64,000 bases of DNA, taken from assembly GCA_937927895.1 (NCBI GenBank), contig CALGKA010000036.1:9737-73736 (forward strand). Direction: 5' to 3'. The stretch comes from an uncultured Granulosicoccaceae bacterium (GTDB taxonomy: Bacteria; Pseudomonadota; Gammaproteobacteria; Granulosicoccales; Granulosicoccaceae). Made by a program: the position numbers and the translations under genes. Below are positions 39,099 to 49,315 of this stretch, piece after piece (position 1 is the first letter of the stretch; each line of letters opens with the position of its first letter). The notes under the pieces were generated by a model. The model worked only from the letters and a program-made list of their open reading frames with translations, ran no database searches and was not told where the DNA came from.

Positions 39099-40318
39099 TG
39101 AGTAAAGTTAGCGATACTATGGCATGGATCGATGAGCGAATCCCACTAACGGCCACTTGGAACAAACACGTTGGCCAGTACTACGCGCCAAAGAACTTCA
39201 ACTTTTGGTACTACTTTGGTTCTCTAGCGCTGTTGGTGCTGGTCATTCAGATAGTGACTGGTATCTTTTTAACCATGAACTACAAGCCAGATGGCGACTT
39301 AGCTTTTAAGTCAGTCGAATACATCATGCGCGATGTTAACTGGGGTTGGTTGATTCGTTATATGCATTCAACCGGTGCATCGATGTTTTTCGTGGTGGTT
39401 TATCTACACATGATGCGCGCCATTATGTATGGCTCTTATAAAAAGCCACGTGAGCTACTGTGGATCTTCGGTATGTTGATCTATCTAGTGCTTATGGCTG
39501 AAGCTTTCATGGGCTACTTATTGCCTTGGGGCCAGATGTCTTATTGGGGTGCGCAGGTAATTATTTCCCTGTTTGGCGCTATCCCGTTTGTCGGGGACGC
39601 TATCACTTTATGGCTTCGTGGTGACTACGTAGTGTCAGACGCTACACTGAATCGCTTCTTTGCGTTGCACGTAATAGCGATGCCATTGGTATTGGTTGGT
39701 TTGGTTTTTGTACACATAATTGCATTGCATGAAGTCGGTTCAAACAACCCTGATGGCAACGACATCAAAAAAGTAAAAGGTGCAGACGGCAAGCCACTTG
39801 ATGGCATACCGTTCCACCCTTACTACACAGTGAAAGATCTAGTCGGCGTAGTGGTATTTTTGATTATCTTTTTCGCTATTGTGTTTTTTGCCCCTGAAAT
39901 GGGTGGCTACTTCCTTGAGCACGCGAACTACATTCCGGCTGATCCACTGAAAACTCCAGAGCACATTGCACCAGTGTGGTATTTCACGCCCTTCTACGCA
40001 ATTCTGCGGGCTATGCCTGACAAACTCTTAGGTGTGATGGCGATGTTTGCAGCTATAGCGGTGTTGTTCTTCCTGCCGTGGATTGATCGCAATCCGGTCA
40101 GATCAATTCGCTATAGATCTGCGGCTTACAAGTTCATTCTTGCGGCTTTTGTTATAGCGTTTATCGTTCTTGGTTACTACGGCATGCAACCTGTGACACC
40201 AATGGGCACAATCATTTCTCGCTTGTGTGCTTTCATTTACTTTGGTTTCTTTGTAGCACTGTTCGTTATCAGTAAAAACGAAAAGACCAAGCCGGTACCT
40301 GAGAGGGTGACATACTAA
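39098..40318 (+). CDS. petB: Cytochrome b
   Basis: 406 aa with haem-ligand His pairs (RYMHSTGASMFF..., FALHVIAMPL...HIIALH) and PEWYF-type VWYFTPFYAILR. Confidence 0.95.
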   Translation: MSKVSDTMAWIDERIPLTATWNKHVGQYYAPKNFNFWYYFGSLALLVLVIQIVTGIFLTMNYKPDGDLAFKSVEYIMRDVNWGWLIRYMHSTGASMFFVVVYLHMMRAIMYGSYKKPRELLWIFGMLIYLVLMAEAFMGYLLPWGQMSYWGAQVIISLFGAIPFVGDAITLWLRGDYVVSDATLNRFFALHVIAMPLVLVGLVFVHIIALHEVGSNNPDGNDIKKVKGADGKPLDGIPFHPYYTVKDLVGVVVFLIIFFAIVFFAPEMGGYFLEHANYIPADPLKTPEHIAPVWYFTPFYAILRAMPDKLLGVMAMFAAIAVLFFLPWIDRNPVRSIRYRSAAYKFILAAFVIAFIVLGYYGMQPVTPMGTIISRLCAFIYFGFFVALFVISKNEKTKPVPERVTY

Positions 40319-41094
40319 TGAAAAAACTAATTCACTCTATTTCAGCCGTACCTTTGTTAGCAGCAACCTTGTTGGCGGTGTTGCCACAAACGGGTATTAC
40401 AGCTGGAGGTGGTGCCGAGCTTGAGCATTTTACTCCTGTTCGAACCGACCGCGCTCTACAGCGCGGTGCGCGCACCTTCGTTAACTACTGCCAGGGCTGT
40501 CACACGGCAGAGTACCAACGCTATTCGCGTCTGGCTGCGGACATTGGCATAAGTGAAATAGACATGTCTGCCAACATGATCTTCACCACTGACACTGAAG
40601 GTAAGCCGACTAAAGTTGGTTCACTAATGACCAACAACATGTCTAGTGATTACGCTAAAAAAGCGTTTGGTGTAGTGCCGCCGAACCTTGCATTGGTCTC
40701 GCGTTCGCGTGGTGTTGATTGGCTTTATACCTATATGAAGTCGTTCTACCTGGACGAATCCAGACCATTAGGTGCGAACAACACTGTTTATCCTAATGTC
40801 GGTATGCCGCATGTTTTGGCTGATCTACAGGGCTGGCACAAGCCGGTCTATGAGGACGATGGTGCTGGTCATTCGGTGTTAAAAGGCTTCCAGCAGGTGA
40901 CCGCTGGCACGCTTTCGCCCGACGAATACGACTCAACTATCAGTGATCTGGTAAGCTTTCTCGATTATTTGGGTGATCCCAACCGGGAAGCGCGCCATTC
41001 GCTTGGAATCAAGGTGATGTTGTTCTTGTTGCTGTTCCTGGTTTTGGCGATTCTTCTAAAGAAAGAATATTGGAAAGACATACCGCACAACTAA
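40318..41094 (+). CDS. petC: Cytochrome c1
   Basis: Signal peptide, CQGCH haem-binding motif and a C-terminal TM anchor. Confidence 0.92.
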   Translation: MKKLIHSISAVPLLAATLLAVLPQTGITAGGGAELEHFTPVRTDRALQRGARTFVNYCQGCHTAEYQRYSRLAADIGISEIDMSANMIFTTDTEGKPTKVGSLMTNNMSSDYAKKAFGVVPPNLALVSRSRGVDWLYTYMKSFYLDESRPLGANNTVYPNVGMPHVLADLQGWHKPVYEDDGAGHSVLKGFQQVTAGTLSPDEYDSTISDLVSFLDYLGDPNREARHSLGIKVMLFLLLFLVLAILLKKEYWKDIPHN

Positions 41095-41143
41095 GCGGTT
41101 TCTGAAATTACTTTTCTTACAATTATAGGGTTATGCCAACAAC

Positions 41144-41782
41144 ATGAGTGGAGATAACGTGACAGCGCCAGTGACACGCCGGTCAGTAATGACTTTGTAT
41201 TCGGACCCGAGTTCGATACACAGTCATCGAGTTCGAATTGTTTTGTTTGAAAAAGACATCACTGTCGAGATTGAAGATGTAGACCCTGAAAACAAGCCGG
41301 ATGACCTCCTGCACTTAAATCCCTACAACACAGTGCCAACACTGGTTGATCGTGATTTAGTGCTGTACGACTCCCGTGTAGTGTCAGAGTATCTTGATGA
41401 GCGTTTTCCGCATCCACCGTTAATGCCGGTAGATCCGGTATCTCGGGCCCGGTCACGGCTAGCCCTGTATCGCATCGAAAAAGATTGGTACGACTTACTG
41501 CCCATTATCGAGGGCAGTGATACAAAAAAAGCGGAAGTTGCGCGCAATACATTGCGCGATTCGCTGATCGATTCGGCCAGCGTATTTGAGCTCAAGCCGT
41601 TTTTCCTCAGTGAGGAATATTCGCTGGTTGACGCCACAGTGGCGCCAATGTTGTGGAGACTCAATCACTATGGCATTGAATTACCGCCAAAAGCGGCAGC
41701 TGTCACGAAATATGCAAAGCGTTTGTTCGACCGGGAAGGCTTTCAACTAAGCTTGACCGAAAGCGAGCGAGAGATGCGGTAA
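41144..41782 (+). CDS. sspA: Stringent starvation protein A
   Basis: RRSVMTLYSD...HRVRIVLFEK...VPTLVDRDLVLYDSRVVSEYLDERFPHPPLMP is near-identical in pattern to E. coli SspA. Confidence 0.95.
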   Translation: MSGDNVTAPVTRRSVMTLYSDPSSIHSHRVRIVLFEKDITVEIEDVDPENKPDDLLHLNPYNTVPTLVDRDLVLYDSRVVSEYLDERFPHPPLMPVDPVSRARSRLALYRIEKDWYDLLPIIEGSDTKKAEVARNTLRDSLIDSASVFELKPFFLSEEYSLVDATVAPMLWRLNHYGIELPPKAAAVTKYAKRLFDREGFQLSLTESEREMR

Positions 41783-41787
41783 ATAAA

Positions 41788-42345
41788 GTGGCTTCAGATA
41801 ACGACAACAGTGGTGATAACAAGGTCGGCATGACATCAAGTCAGCCGTATCTGATCCGTGCGATTTACGAATGGATCGTCGATAACGATCTAACACCCTA
41901 CCTAATGGTAGATGCGACTAAGCGCGGGACTGTTGTGCCTGAAGATTACCTTGATGAGCAGGGCCGCATTATCCTGAATATTAGCCCTAGTGCTACCAGC
42001 GGTTTGCTGCTCACCAACGAAGAAGTTACCTTTAGTGCGCGTTTTAGTGGTCAGTCCATGGGTATTGTGGTCCCGACCTATAGCGTGCGCGCGATCTATG
42101 CTCGTGAAAATGGCCAGGGCATGGTATTCGAAGAGAGCAAAGAGCCCACAGAAGTGAAAGAGACTTCGCGCAAAGTGGCTTTGGAAGCGGTATCTGTGTC
42201 TGGTGGCGATGAAAATGATTCAAAGCCAGATAAGTCAGATAGCCCTGGCCCGAAAGACAGTGGTGTAGGTAGTGGCAATGACAAGCCAAGCGGTGATAAG
42301 AAAAAAGGCGGCAAAAAAGGCCCGCATCTCAAAGTCATTAAGTGA
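41788..42345 (+). CDS. sspB: ClpXP protease specificity-enhancing factor SspB
   Basis: PYLIRAIYEWIVDNDLTPYL...AIYARENG. The tail ends in the ClpX-binding-like motif LKVIK. The start is either GTG 41788 (5 nt after the sspA stop) or ATG 41830. Confidence 0.9.
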   Translation: MASDNDNSGDNKVGMTSSQPYLIRAIYEWIVDNDLTPYLMVDATKRGTVVPEDYLDEQGRIILNISPSATSGLLLTNEEVTFSARFSGQSMGIVVPTYSVRAIYARENGQGMVFEESKEPTEVKETSRKVALEAVSVSGGDENDSKPDKSDSPGPKDSGVGSGNDKPSGDKKKGGKKGPHLKVIK

Positions 42346-42388
42346 TTTAATTACCTTTGCCTAAGCTGTGCAGCTGCTGCATGGCGTT

Positions 42389-42739
42389 TTAAAGCGGGCT
42401 ATCGAAGGCACTTTTTATCCATTCAGTTTTATTCGCACCAATTGCTATGACGTCAAAGCGGCAAGGGTGTTCGGTCTTTTTATTATTTTGTAAAAACTGA
42501 TTAGCGGTTAACGCTATCTTGCGCTGCTTAGCGGGAGTGATGCTCATGGAAGCGCCACCAAAAGAATTGCTGCGTCGGTAGCGAACTTCAATAAATACCA
42601 GCATTTGTCCATCACTCATGATCAGATCTATTTCGCCAAAGCGAGAATGGTAATTGCGAGTAATAAGCTCCAGGCCTTGTGAGGTTAAATAATCACACGC
42701 CAGTTGTTCGTTAAGTTCGCCACGCTCGATCGTTTTCAT
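42389..42739 (-). CDS. yraN: YraN-family (UPF0102) endonuclease-like protein
   Basis: 116 aa. GEIDLIM...LVFIEVRYR...RFDVIAI. Confidence 0.85.
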   Translation of the reverse strand: MKTIERGELNEQLACDYLTSQGLELITRNYHSRFGEIDLIMSDGQMLVFIEVRYRRSNSFGGASMSITPAKQRKIALTANQFLQNNKKTEHPCRFDVIAIGANKTEWIKSAFDSPL

Positions 42740-42855
42740 GAGTACCTGCCACTGTTGTTAAGTGAACCACCAGGTTTGATGATTGATTAGCTACCCAGTG
42801 TTAACACTGGGTAGGAACTGTTTTGGTGCACGTGTCACGCTGTTTTATTAGGTGA

Positions 42856-44805
42856 CTACAGGTTACCCTGCAAGTTGGGTAGTATTGCTTCAATCGGTAG
42901 TGCACCTGAAATTCGTACTGGAATTCCCTCTTGAAACTCGGCCCATTCAAGGCGTCGTCTAATTCGATTGCCTTCTGCTAGCGATAGCGCACCCGTTTTG
43001 CCTTCTATAGATAGGGTTGGGTCAAGACGCATGTTATCCAGCTGCGTATGTAATTGATAAGCATCAATACCAAGCGCTATTAATTTTTGTATGCTGTCTT
43101 GGTGCGACTGACTAATGACGCGATACAACGGTGAGTTGTTTGGGACGTCTGTCAGGGTCCAGGGAATATCGTTATATTTCACGCCTGTTAAGTCGCCATC
43201 ACGGTCTGCATCTGAATCGCCGCTGAAAACCTGAGAGGTGCTTATTAGTGGTACTTTGCCAGCGTGTTGGAATTTAAGCTGCGGTCTTAATAGTAGCGCT
43301 TGCTCTGAATCAACTGCCATAAAGATTACGTCGATGTCGCCACGTATTGAAGGTTCGAATTCAATATTGGTTTCTAATAGTGTTTCTAGCCGACGCTTGC
43401 GTGAATGGCTGGAGTTAATATCCAGAATTTTGGTTAGCTGTTGTGAAAAGTCGTAAGAGTCAGCTGCGACTACATCCGTCGCTAAAATTTCCCCACCACC
43501 ATTGATAAACTGTGCTTCAAAAGCTGAGCTCTGGCGTTGACTTATTGGGCTGTCAGACGCAATTACTATTGCTTTACGATGGTTTTGTTTTAGTGCGTAG
43601 TTTGCGCCATCGCGAGCTTCATCTTCGGGTAGCAGGCCAAACTGAAATAAGTTTTCATTGCCTGGCATATCTTCGCCAACGTAATTCAAAGATAAGGTAG
43701 GTACAGTAATTCGGTTGCCGACAGTTAGGTTGATAACGGCAGATTTATTTAGTGGCCCGACAATCAATGATGCGCCTTCAGCCGTTGCGCGCTCATACTG
43801 TTGTATGGCGGTGCCAGTGTCGCTTTTGGTGTCATAGAGTTTTATATTGCTGGTGCCTGCTGCATCAAAACGTGCAGCGATAAAACCCGTTTTGATTGCA
43901 TCGCCAATTTCACTGAATTGTCCGGTCAGTGGTAATAAGAGCGCTACTTGATCGGTTATTATGCCTGTAGGCATTGTGTCAGATATTTGTGTGCCTGCGA
44001 ATTCCAGGTAGCTTGCCGGGTGATTCGGATACCGTGCACGCCATGCATTGTTGCGTTGAACGTAGAGTTCAGGGGCCATAGATGCTTGGCGGCGGGTAAG
44101 CGCTGAGTACTCAAGCCAGCCTCGATAGACTGATCCACCCGGAGTTTGGGCAATAGTTCTTAATGTATTCATATCAAGAGCAGCAAGCATCGATGCGATT
44201 TTTGTACGGTTTAATTCAATCGCTTTCGGTGTTTGCAAAACCCCTTCTAAAAGAACCCGGGACTTCAGTGCTTGATCCGGTGCATTGTTAAGTGCGTAGG
44301 CACGCGACTGCAGTTCTAATGCCCTTACTTGCAGTGTCCGGTCAGTTAAAGAGCGCGTAGGTGGTAGTTGATCTATTGCCGCTTCGTAGTCACCGGTGGC
44401 CAGTGTGTTGTATGCTCTGAGTATTAATAAGCGTGGCCGCAGTGTTTCAGTGTTTAAAGTGTTTGGCAATGAGGCATATAATTGCATGCCATCGTTGTAC
44501 AATTCTGCATCGAAATAGAGCTCGGTTGCCGTTAGTTGGTAATTTTGCTGGCGCGTGGGGTCAAGCTCACGGTTGGCCAGTTGCGAATACACAAACGCGG
44601 CTTGCGCTGTATCGCCTTCAGTCAATAGGCGTTGAGCAAGTTGTGGCGTCGGCACTAAATTACGATTGTCACTTTTGCTGGGTTTCAAGTTAAGCCCGCA
44701 AGCAGAAAATGAAAAACTTAAGCACGCAATTAATAAGACTTTCGCAAGCGATCGGGATCGTTGGGAAAACAGTGTGGTTGAGGTGTGCTTGTTAAACAAT
44801 GGCAC
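42856..44805 (-). CDS. lpoA: Penicillin-binding protein activator LpoA (YraM/LppC family)
   Basis: 649 aa with a lipobox (FSFSAC), an N-terminal TPR-like half and a C-terminal periplasmic-binding-protein-like half. Conserved position divergent from rsmI. Confidence 0.85.
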   Translation of the reverse strand: MPLFNKHTSTTLFSQRSRSLAKVLLIACLSFSFSACGLNLKPSKSDNRNLVPTPQLAQRLLTEGDTAQAAFVYSQLANRELDPTRQQNYQLTATELYFDAELYNDGMQLYASLPNTLNTETLRPRLLILRAYNTLATGDYEAAIDQLPPTRSLTDRTLQVRALELQSRAYALNNAPDQALKSRVLLEGVLQTPKAIELNRTKIASMLAALDMNTLRTIAQTPGGSVYRGWLEYSALTRRQASMAPELYVQRNNAWRARYPNHPASYLEFAGTQISDTMPTGIITDQVALLLPLTGQFSEIGDAIKTGFIAARFDAAGTSNIKLYDTKSDTGTAIQQYERATAEGASLIVGPLNKSAVINLTVGNRITVPTLSLNYVGEDMPGNENLFQFGLLPEDEARDGANYALKQNHRKAIVIASDSPISQRQSSAFEAQFINGGGEILATDVVAADSYDFSQQLTKILDINSSHSRKRRLETLLETNIEFEPSIRGDIDVIFMAVDSEQALLLRPQLKFQHAGKVPLISTSQVFSGDSDADRDGDLTGVKYNDIPWTLTDVPNNSPLYRVISQSHQDSIQKLIALGIDAYQLHTQLDNMRLDPTLSIEGKTGALSLAEGNRIRRRLEWAEFQEGIPVRISGALPIEAILPNLQGNL

Positions 44806-45000
44806 GTTATTGCTCCTGGCAATCCAGGCGGTTTTGTATGCCTGAATGAGTCTGGTTGTATTGGCCTGGTCTAGTGATAAGTCTAGTGGTAATCGCGGTT
44901 GCTATCACATAGCTTTTGGCCGTTGTTTAAGGATCCGTACTGTTAAGCTTGTTGCTAGCAAGCGACCACTTAATCGGATCGTATTTTGGAGCATTGTACT

Positions 45001-45840
45001 ATGTCTTTGAGAAAAGGCGTCTTTCACGTAATCGCAACGCCAATCGGCAATCTCTCAGACATCACCCAGCGTGCCAAAGAGGCGTTTGCCGAGGTTGATC
45101 TATTGTACGCCGAAGATACCCGCCATACCGCGCGCTTGTGTAGCCATTTGGGGGTAAAACCAAAATTACGCTCGTTGCACGATCACAATGAAGAGGGTCG
45201 GATTACAGAGGTGACGGACAATTTGCGAGCAGGTCTGTCTGTCGGCCTGGTATCAGATGCAGGCACGCCGCTAATAAGTGACCCGGGCTACCGAATTGTA
45301 GCGGCGTGTCATGCGGCGGGATTGCCGGTGAGTCCGGTGCCCGGAGTCTCAGCGCTTACCGCTGCATTGTCGGTTTGTGGCTTGCCGACTGACAGTTTCT
45401 TATTTGAGGGTTTTCTTGCATCCAGGGTAGGGGCAAGGCAAAAAGCATTAACAGAGCTTAAGTTTGTCAGTGCGACACTGGTGTTTTATGAATCAAAGCA
45501 TCGCATCGTTGAGTCGCTTGCTGATATGCAAGCGATTTTCGGAGACAGAAAAATATGTGTTGCGCGGGAGCTTACTAAAACGTTTGAAACCATTTTGCAC
45601 GGTACATTGTCAGAAGTAAGGCTTCAGATCGAGCAAAACCCCGATGCGCAAAAAGGTGAATTTGTGGTAGTGGTAACGGGGGCTCAAGTATCCGTCTCTG
45701 AGATCACAGCTGAAGCTCAGAGCTTGTTGCTTGAATTGGCGGCAGATCTACCGCCACGTCGTGCGGCGCAAGTGGTGGCCAGGCATTGCGGTGTCCCAAA
45801 GAAGGATTTGTACAACTGGCTTCTGGAGCAAAAAAGCTAG
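45001..45840 (+). CDS. rsmI: 16S rRNA (cytidine1402-2'-O)-methyltransferase
   Basis: A GGAG sits upstream of ATG 45001. ATPIGNLSDIT.RA......YAEDTRHT...SDAGTPLISDPG. Confidence 0.93.
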   Translation: MSLRKGVFHVIATPIGNLSDITQRAKEAFAEVDLLYAEDTRHTARLCSHLGVKPKLRSLHDHNEEGRITEVTDNLRAGLSVGLVSDAGTPLISDPGYRIVAACHAAGLPVSPVPGVSALTAALSVCGLPTDSFLFEGFLASRVGARQKALTELKFVSATLVFYESKHRIVESLADMQAIFGDRKICVARELTKTFETILHGTLSEVRLQIEQNPDAQKGEFVVVVTGAQVSVSEITAEAQSLLLELAADLPPRRAAQVVARHCGVPKKDLYNWLLEQKS

Positions 45841-46055
45841 TAAAAATAGCGTGTAGGCCTAATCTGATCTCAAATATGCGTTCGCTAAGCCGCGCATTAT
45901 CCTGATTCTCCATGTAAAAAAGCATGGCTCCATATTTAGTTGTGATCTGGTAAGCTTTTGATAAATAACGATAAAAAAATTGTTTGAGTGATATTTGCGA
46001 ATTGGGCGTGAATTTGGTGCTTGACTAAATGCTTGAATGAGAAAAAAATCCCATC

Positions 46056-46913
46056 ATGTCATCTAATCATAAAACCTTAATTGCCGAGGCGATTGTTAAA
46101 ATCCTGCGGCCGTTGATCCGTGTTTTGATCCGCAATGAGTTTACTCATGCCGATCTGACCGAGTTGGTTCGGCGGACTTACGTAGAAGTTGCTTATGATG
46201 CCCACAGTATTCCAGGGCAGGAAATTACCTTCTCGCGAGTGGCTGTGCTTACCGGTCTAAGCCGCAAAGAAGTGGTGCGCCTGAAGGGAATTCTAGACAG
46301 CGAAGAAGTGTTGGTTAAACAGACACCCAACCGCGCCCAGCGGGTGGTGCACGGTTGGTTGAGTGATAAAGAATTTTTAGATAAGAAAAAACAGCCAAAG
46401 GAATTGCCTATCAAGGGCGCGAAGGCAAGCTTCCAATCTCTGGTGCAACGCTACAGCGGTGATATCACCTACGGCGCCGTATTAGATGAGCTGAATTTAA
46501 TTGGAGTAACCGAACTTACCGAAAGCGACACGGTTAAGTTAGTCAACAAAGCGTACATTCCCTATAAAGACGAGCTTGAAAAAGTGCGGGTTATGTCTGT
46601 TTGTGTGGCCGATTTGTTTGAAACAGCGGTGTACAATATTGAACGGGAAGATGGCGAACGGCACTTTCAGCGTCAGATGGTCTACAGTGGAATTGAAGAA
46701 TCTTTAGCCGCGAAGTTTAAAGAATTATCAAGTGAAAAGGCCGGAGAGTTGTTTGAAGTGCTAAGTAAGTTTCTCACCAACGGAAGGGCGAAGAGCAGCC
46801 CCAAAAAACGAGCTGAGGGAACGCGAATCGGTATGGGTATGTATTTTTTTGAAGATACCCACAAAACGGATGCTGAAAAAAATATCGATCACGCGACAAC
46901 GAAGAAAAAGTAG
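46056..46913 (+). CDS. Hypothetical cytoplasmic protein with a helix-turn-helix-like segment (possibly DUF6502-like; unverified)
   Basis: 285 aa with no signal peptide. ITFSRVAVLTGLSRKEVVRLK looks like an HTH. Basic Lys-rich C-terminus. Separated from the next gene by 12 nt. Confidence 0.7.
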   Translation: MSSNHKTLIAEAIVKILRPLIRVLIRNEFTHADLTELVRRTYVEVAYDAHSIPGQEITFSRVAVLTGLSRKEVVRLKGILDSEEVLVKQTPNRAQRVVHGWLSDKEFLDKKKQPKELPIKGAKASFQSLVQRYSGDITYGAVLDELNLIGVTELTESDTVKLVNKAYIPYKDELEKVRVMSVCVADLFETAVYNIEREDGERHFQRQMVYSGIEESLAAKFKELSSEKAGELFEVLSKFLTNGRAKSSPKKRAEGTRIGMGMYFFEDTHKTDAEKNIDHATTKKK

Positions 46914-46925
46914 GAGTACGGCTGC

Positions 46926-49253
46926 ATGTCCTTAGCGAGACTTTCCCTGATAGCATTTTGCTTTATCTGGCTGATCGCTTGTGGTGGAGATCCCGGTGAT
47001 GAAGGTGGCTTAATTGGTACCGGTATTATTGCGGGCACTGTAAGTGAAACTAAAGTTCTTGCAAGCGAGCGGATTGAAGTTAAGGCAAGCTCCGGTGAAA
47101 AGTACGAAAAACCGTTGAACCGTAGCCGTCAGTTCTATGTTGACGAAGCAGAGGGTGAAGCCCCCCGTTTGTTGCGCACGGACTTAGGAAATGGTGAGTA
47201 TCGCTATGCTATTGCTTATGATCGTTCTCGCAGCAATATTCATAGTTACTCTGATGTGGTGTTGCGCAGTTGGTATGCATCCAATAACAGAGATCTCGCA
47301 AGTGAATTTGAAAGTGGTAATGCACTGCCAGGCTTGCCAACGCAACAACAGTTTGATGATGCATCTAGGCGAATATTGTCAGTGGTTGAGCGGGTATTAG
47401 CTGACTACGGTTTTTCAGGTGATCAACTTTTCTCTGCGGACTACCCGGCCAATGATAACGGCATAGATAACTACTTAGACAAAAACCCGGTAATCATTAG
47501 CGGTGATAACGTTAGTGTTCTGCTGACTGATCCCAATAGTGGTCTGCAAAGTAAAACGCGGTCTACTTTGTCACTAAGTCTTCCGAGTACTGCTGCAGAT
47601 ACAATATCGCCAAGAAAAGTTACGGGCGTGAGGGCCTTTGGTAGTGGTCTTAGCGAGATGGTGATTATTTGGGAGCCGGCGCAGGACAATGTCGGTGTGG
47701 CGGCCTATCAGGTGGAAAGAGATAATATATTTCTTGCGACCACCCCTTACCCGGTGTTTACTGATACGGGTTTGCAATCAGGTACTACGTATGGTTACAA
47801 AATAACGGCGGTTGATGGTTCTGGTAACGAGGCATTTGCATCTGAGGAAGTCATTGGGACAACTCTCGCAGATGTAGATTCACAGCCACCGCCGACTCCA
47901 ACAAGTGTGATAGCCAGTGAGGTGTCTTCGAATCGAGTGATAGTGCGTTGGACGCAATCGAGTATTGGAGACGTAGTATCGTTTGATGTTTATCGAAACG
48001 CGGGTGGTGCTCCTTTTGAACCTTATCTCAGAACAACTACTTCGGAATTAGTTGATCCTTCTGTTTCAGGTGGAACGCAATATTGTTATCTGATACGCGC
48101 TGTAGATGCTAGTGGGAATTCCTCTGATTTCACTGAAGAGCTTTGTGTGAATACAAATGGCGAGGTAGTAAGTACATCAGACGGCTCAACCATTGGTGGT
48201 CTTTCTGTTCCGGTTATCAATACCGCCGACTGTGCCGCTATGTGGAACGATGCTTCACCGATAGTGACTGATGTCATAATGTCCGAGCCTTGTTATCGTG
48301 TTACCACTGATATCAATGTCGGTCAATTTGGAGATCTGGTTATAGACGCCGGTACTATACTGATATTTTCACAAGGCTTAGGTATTACTGTGAGTGAAGA
48401 TGGGTCGCTTGCAACCAAAGGTACTGAGCAAGATCCAGTGGTGCTTACGGGGCTTGAAGATAGACCAGGGTTTTGGCGCGGAGTAACTTACAATAAATCT
48501 GATAGCACTGATAATCAGATAGTGAATACGGTTATTGAGTATGCCGGTGGTGCTGGGCAATTTGCTGCGTTGGACGTTAAATCTACATTTGGTTCTCGTT
48601 CGAGATTGCGTGTTGAAGGGTCAATAATTCGCTTCAATGATGGTTATGGCTTTGGGCTCCCAAGTGTTGGTACTCGTATCGATGTGTTCTCAGGAAACCT
48701 GGTAACAGAGAACGAGAGGGTTGCATTCGTTGGTCCCTTGCTTTTACAGTCTATTGGCACTGATAACGACTTCAGCGGTAATCTTCTGCAGGTTATCGGT
48801 GTGGGTAGTTTAGGTATTGATGAGCCAATGATAATTCCGAATTTGGGTGATGTGGAAATACGAATAAATGGCATAGAAATACAGCAGGCAGATTTAACCA
48901 TTGAAGCGGGTGTGGAAATAAAATTTCTAGAAAACAAGTGGCTTGAAATTGACGGCGGTAATTTGCAGATTAACGGCACGGTTGAAGAGCCGGTATTGCT
49001 AACTTCAAGTGTTCGTGGTGCTGGTAATTGGGGTGGTGTGCACTTATTCAACTCGCCAAACTCCCGGCTTGAGAATGTCACTATAGAGTTTGGTGGTGCG
49101 CCTGTATTGCAGCATAACGCGAATCTGACGCTATCAAATTCCGCTGCGTCTTTAGTCAATGTGACATTGAGGGATAGCTCAGCATTGGGCATCTATACAG
49201 ATGCAGACTCTGTTCTAACGGGTACGCCCGTGCTAATAAATAACGCGCAATAA
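46926..49253 (+). CDS. Large hypothetical lipoprotein with two fibronectin-III-like domains and a C-terminal parallel beta-helix-like repeat region
   Basis: 775 aa. Lipobox WLIAC|GG. Two FN3-like units (..WEPAQDNVGVAAYQVER...GTTYGYKITAVDGSGNEA.. and ..RWTQSSIGDVVSFDVYR...GTQYCYLIRAVDASGNSS..). Then Gly/Asn/Val-rich repeats with recurring [IV]xxNxxxG-type turns. Confidence 0.8.
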   Translation: MSLARLSLIAFCFIWLIACGGDPGDEGGLIGTGIIAGTVSETKVLASERIEVKASSGEKYEKPLNRSRQFYVDEAEGEAPRLLRTDLGNGEYRYAIAYDRSRSNIHSYSDVVLRSWYASNNRDLASEFESGNALPGLPTQQQFDDASRRILSVVERVLADYGFSGDQLFSADYPANDNGIDNYLDKNPVIISGDNVSVLLTDPNSGLQSKTRSTLSLSLPSTAADTISPRKVTGVRAFGSGLSEMVIIWEPAQDNVGVAAYQVERDNIFLATTPYPVFTDTGLQSGTTYGYKITAVDGSGNEAFASEEVIGTTLADVDSQPPPTPTSVIASEVSSNRVIVRWTQSSIGDVVSFDVYRNAGGAPFEPYLRTTTSELVDPSVSGGTQYCYLIRAVDASGNSSDFTEELCVNTNGEVVSTSDGSTIGGLSVPVINTADCAAMWNDASPIVTDVIMSEPCYRVTTDINVGQFGDLVIDAGTILIFSQGLGITVSEDGSLATKGTEQDPVVLTGLEDRPGFWRGVTYNKSDSTDNQIVNTVIEYAGGAGQFAALDVKSTFGSRSRLRVEGSIIRFNDGYGFGLPSVGTRIDVFSGNLVTENERVAFVGPLLLQSIGTDNDFSGNLLQVIGVGSLGIDEPMIIPNLGDVEIRINGIEIQQADLTIEAGVEIKFLENKWLEIDGGNLQINGTVEEPVLLTSSVRGAGNWGGVHLFNSPNSRLENVTIEFGGAPVLQHNANLTLSNSAASLVNVTLRDSSALGIYTDADSVLTGTPVLINNAQ

Positions 49254-49315
49254 TAATTGAATTATTGGTTAGGGCTTAGTCTAGCGACGTCATCGTTGCT
49301 AGACCCGGCTATATG

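Noticed and set aside
42790-42813. Perfect 24-nt palindrome ctacccagtgttaacactgggtag between lpoA and yraN as a terminator
   Set aside because: It has no U-tract in the sense (minus) direction and the two genes are probably co-transcribed. It is noted as a possible stem-loop or protein-binding palindrome only.
44802-44816. Sigma-54 promoter-like TGGCACgttatTGCT upstream of rsmI
   Set aside because: The GG-to-GC spacing is one nucleotide short of the -24/-12 consensus (TGGCACG-N4-TTGC). It also overlaps the lpoA start codon. Other TGGCAC occurrences in the window lack a correctly spaced TTGC.
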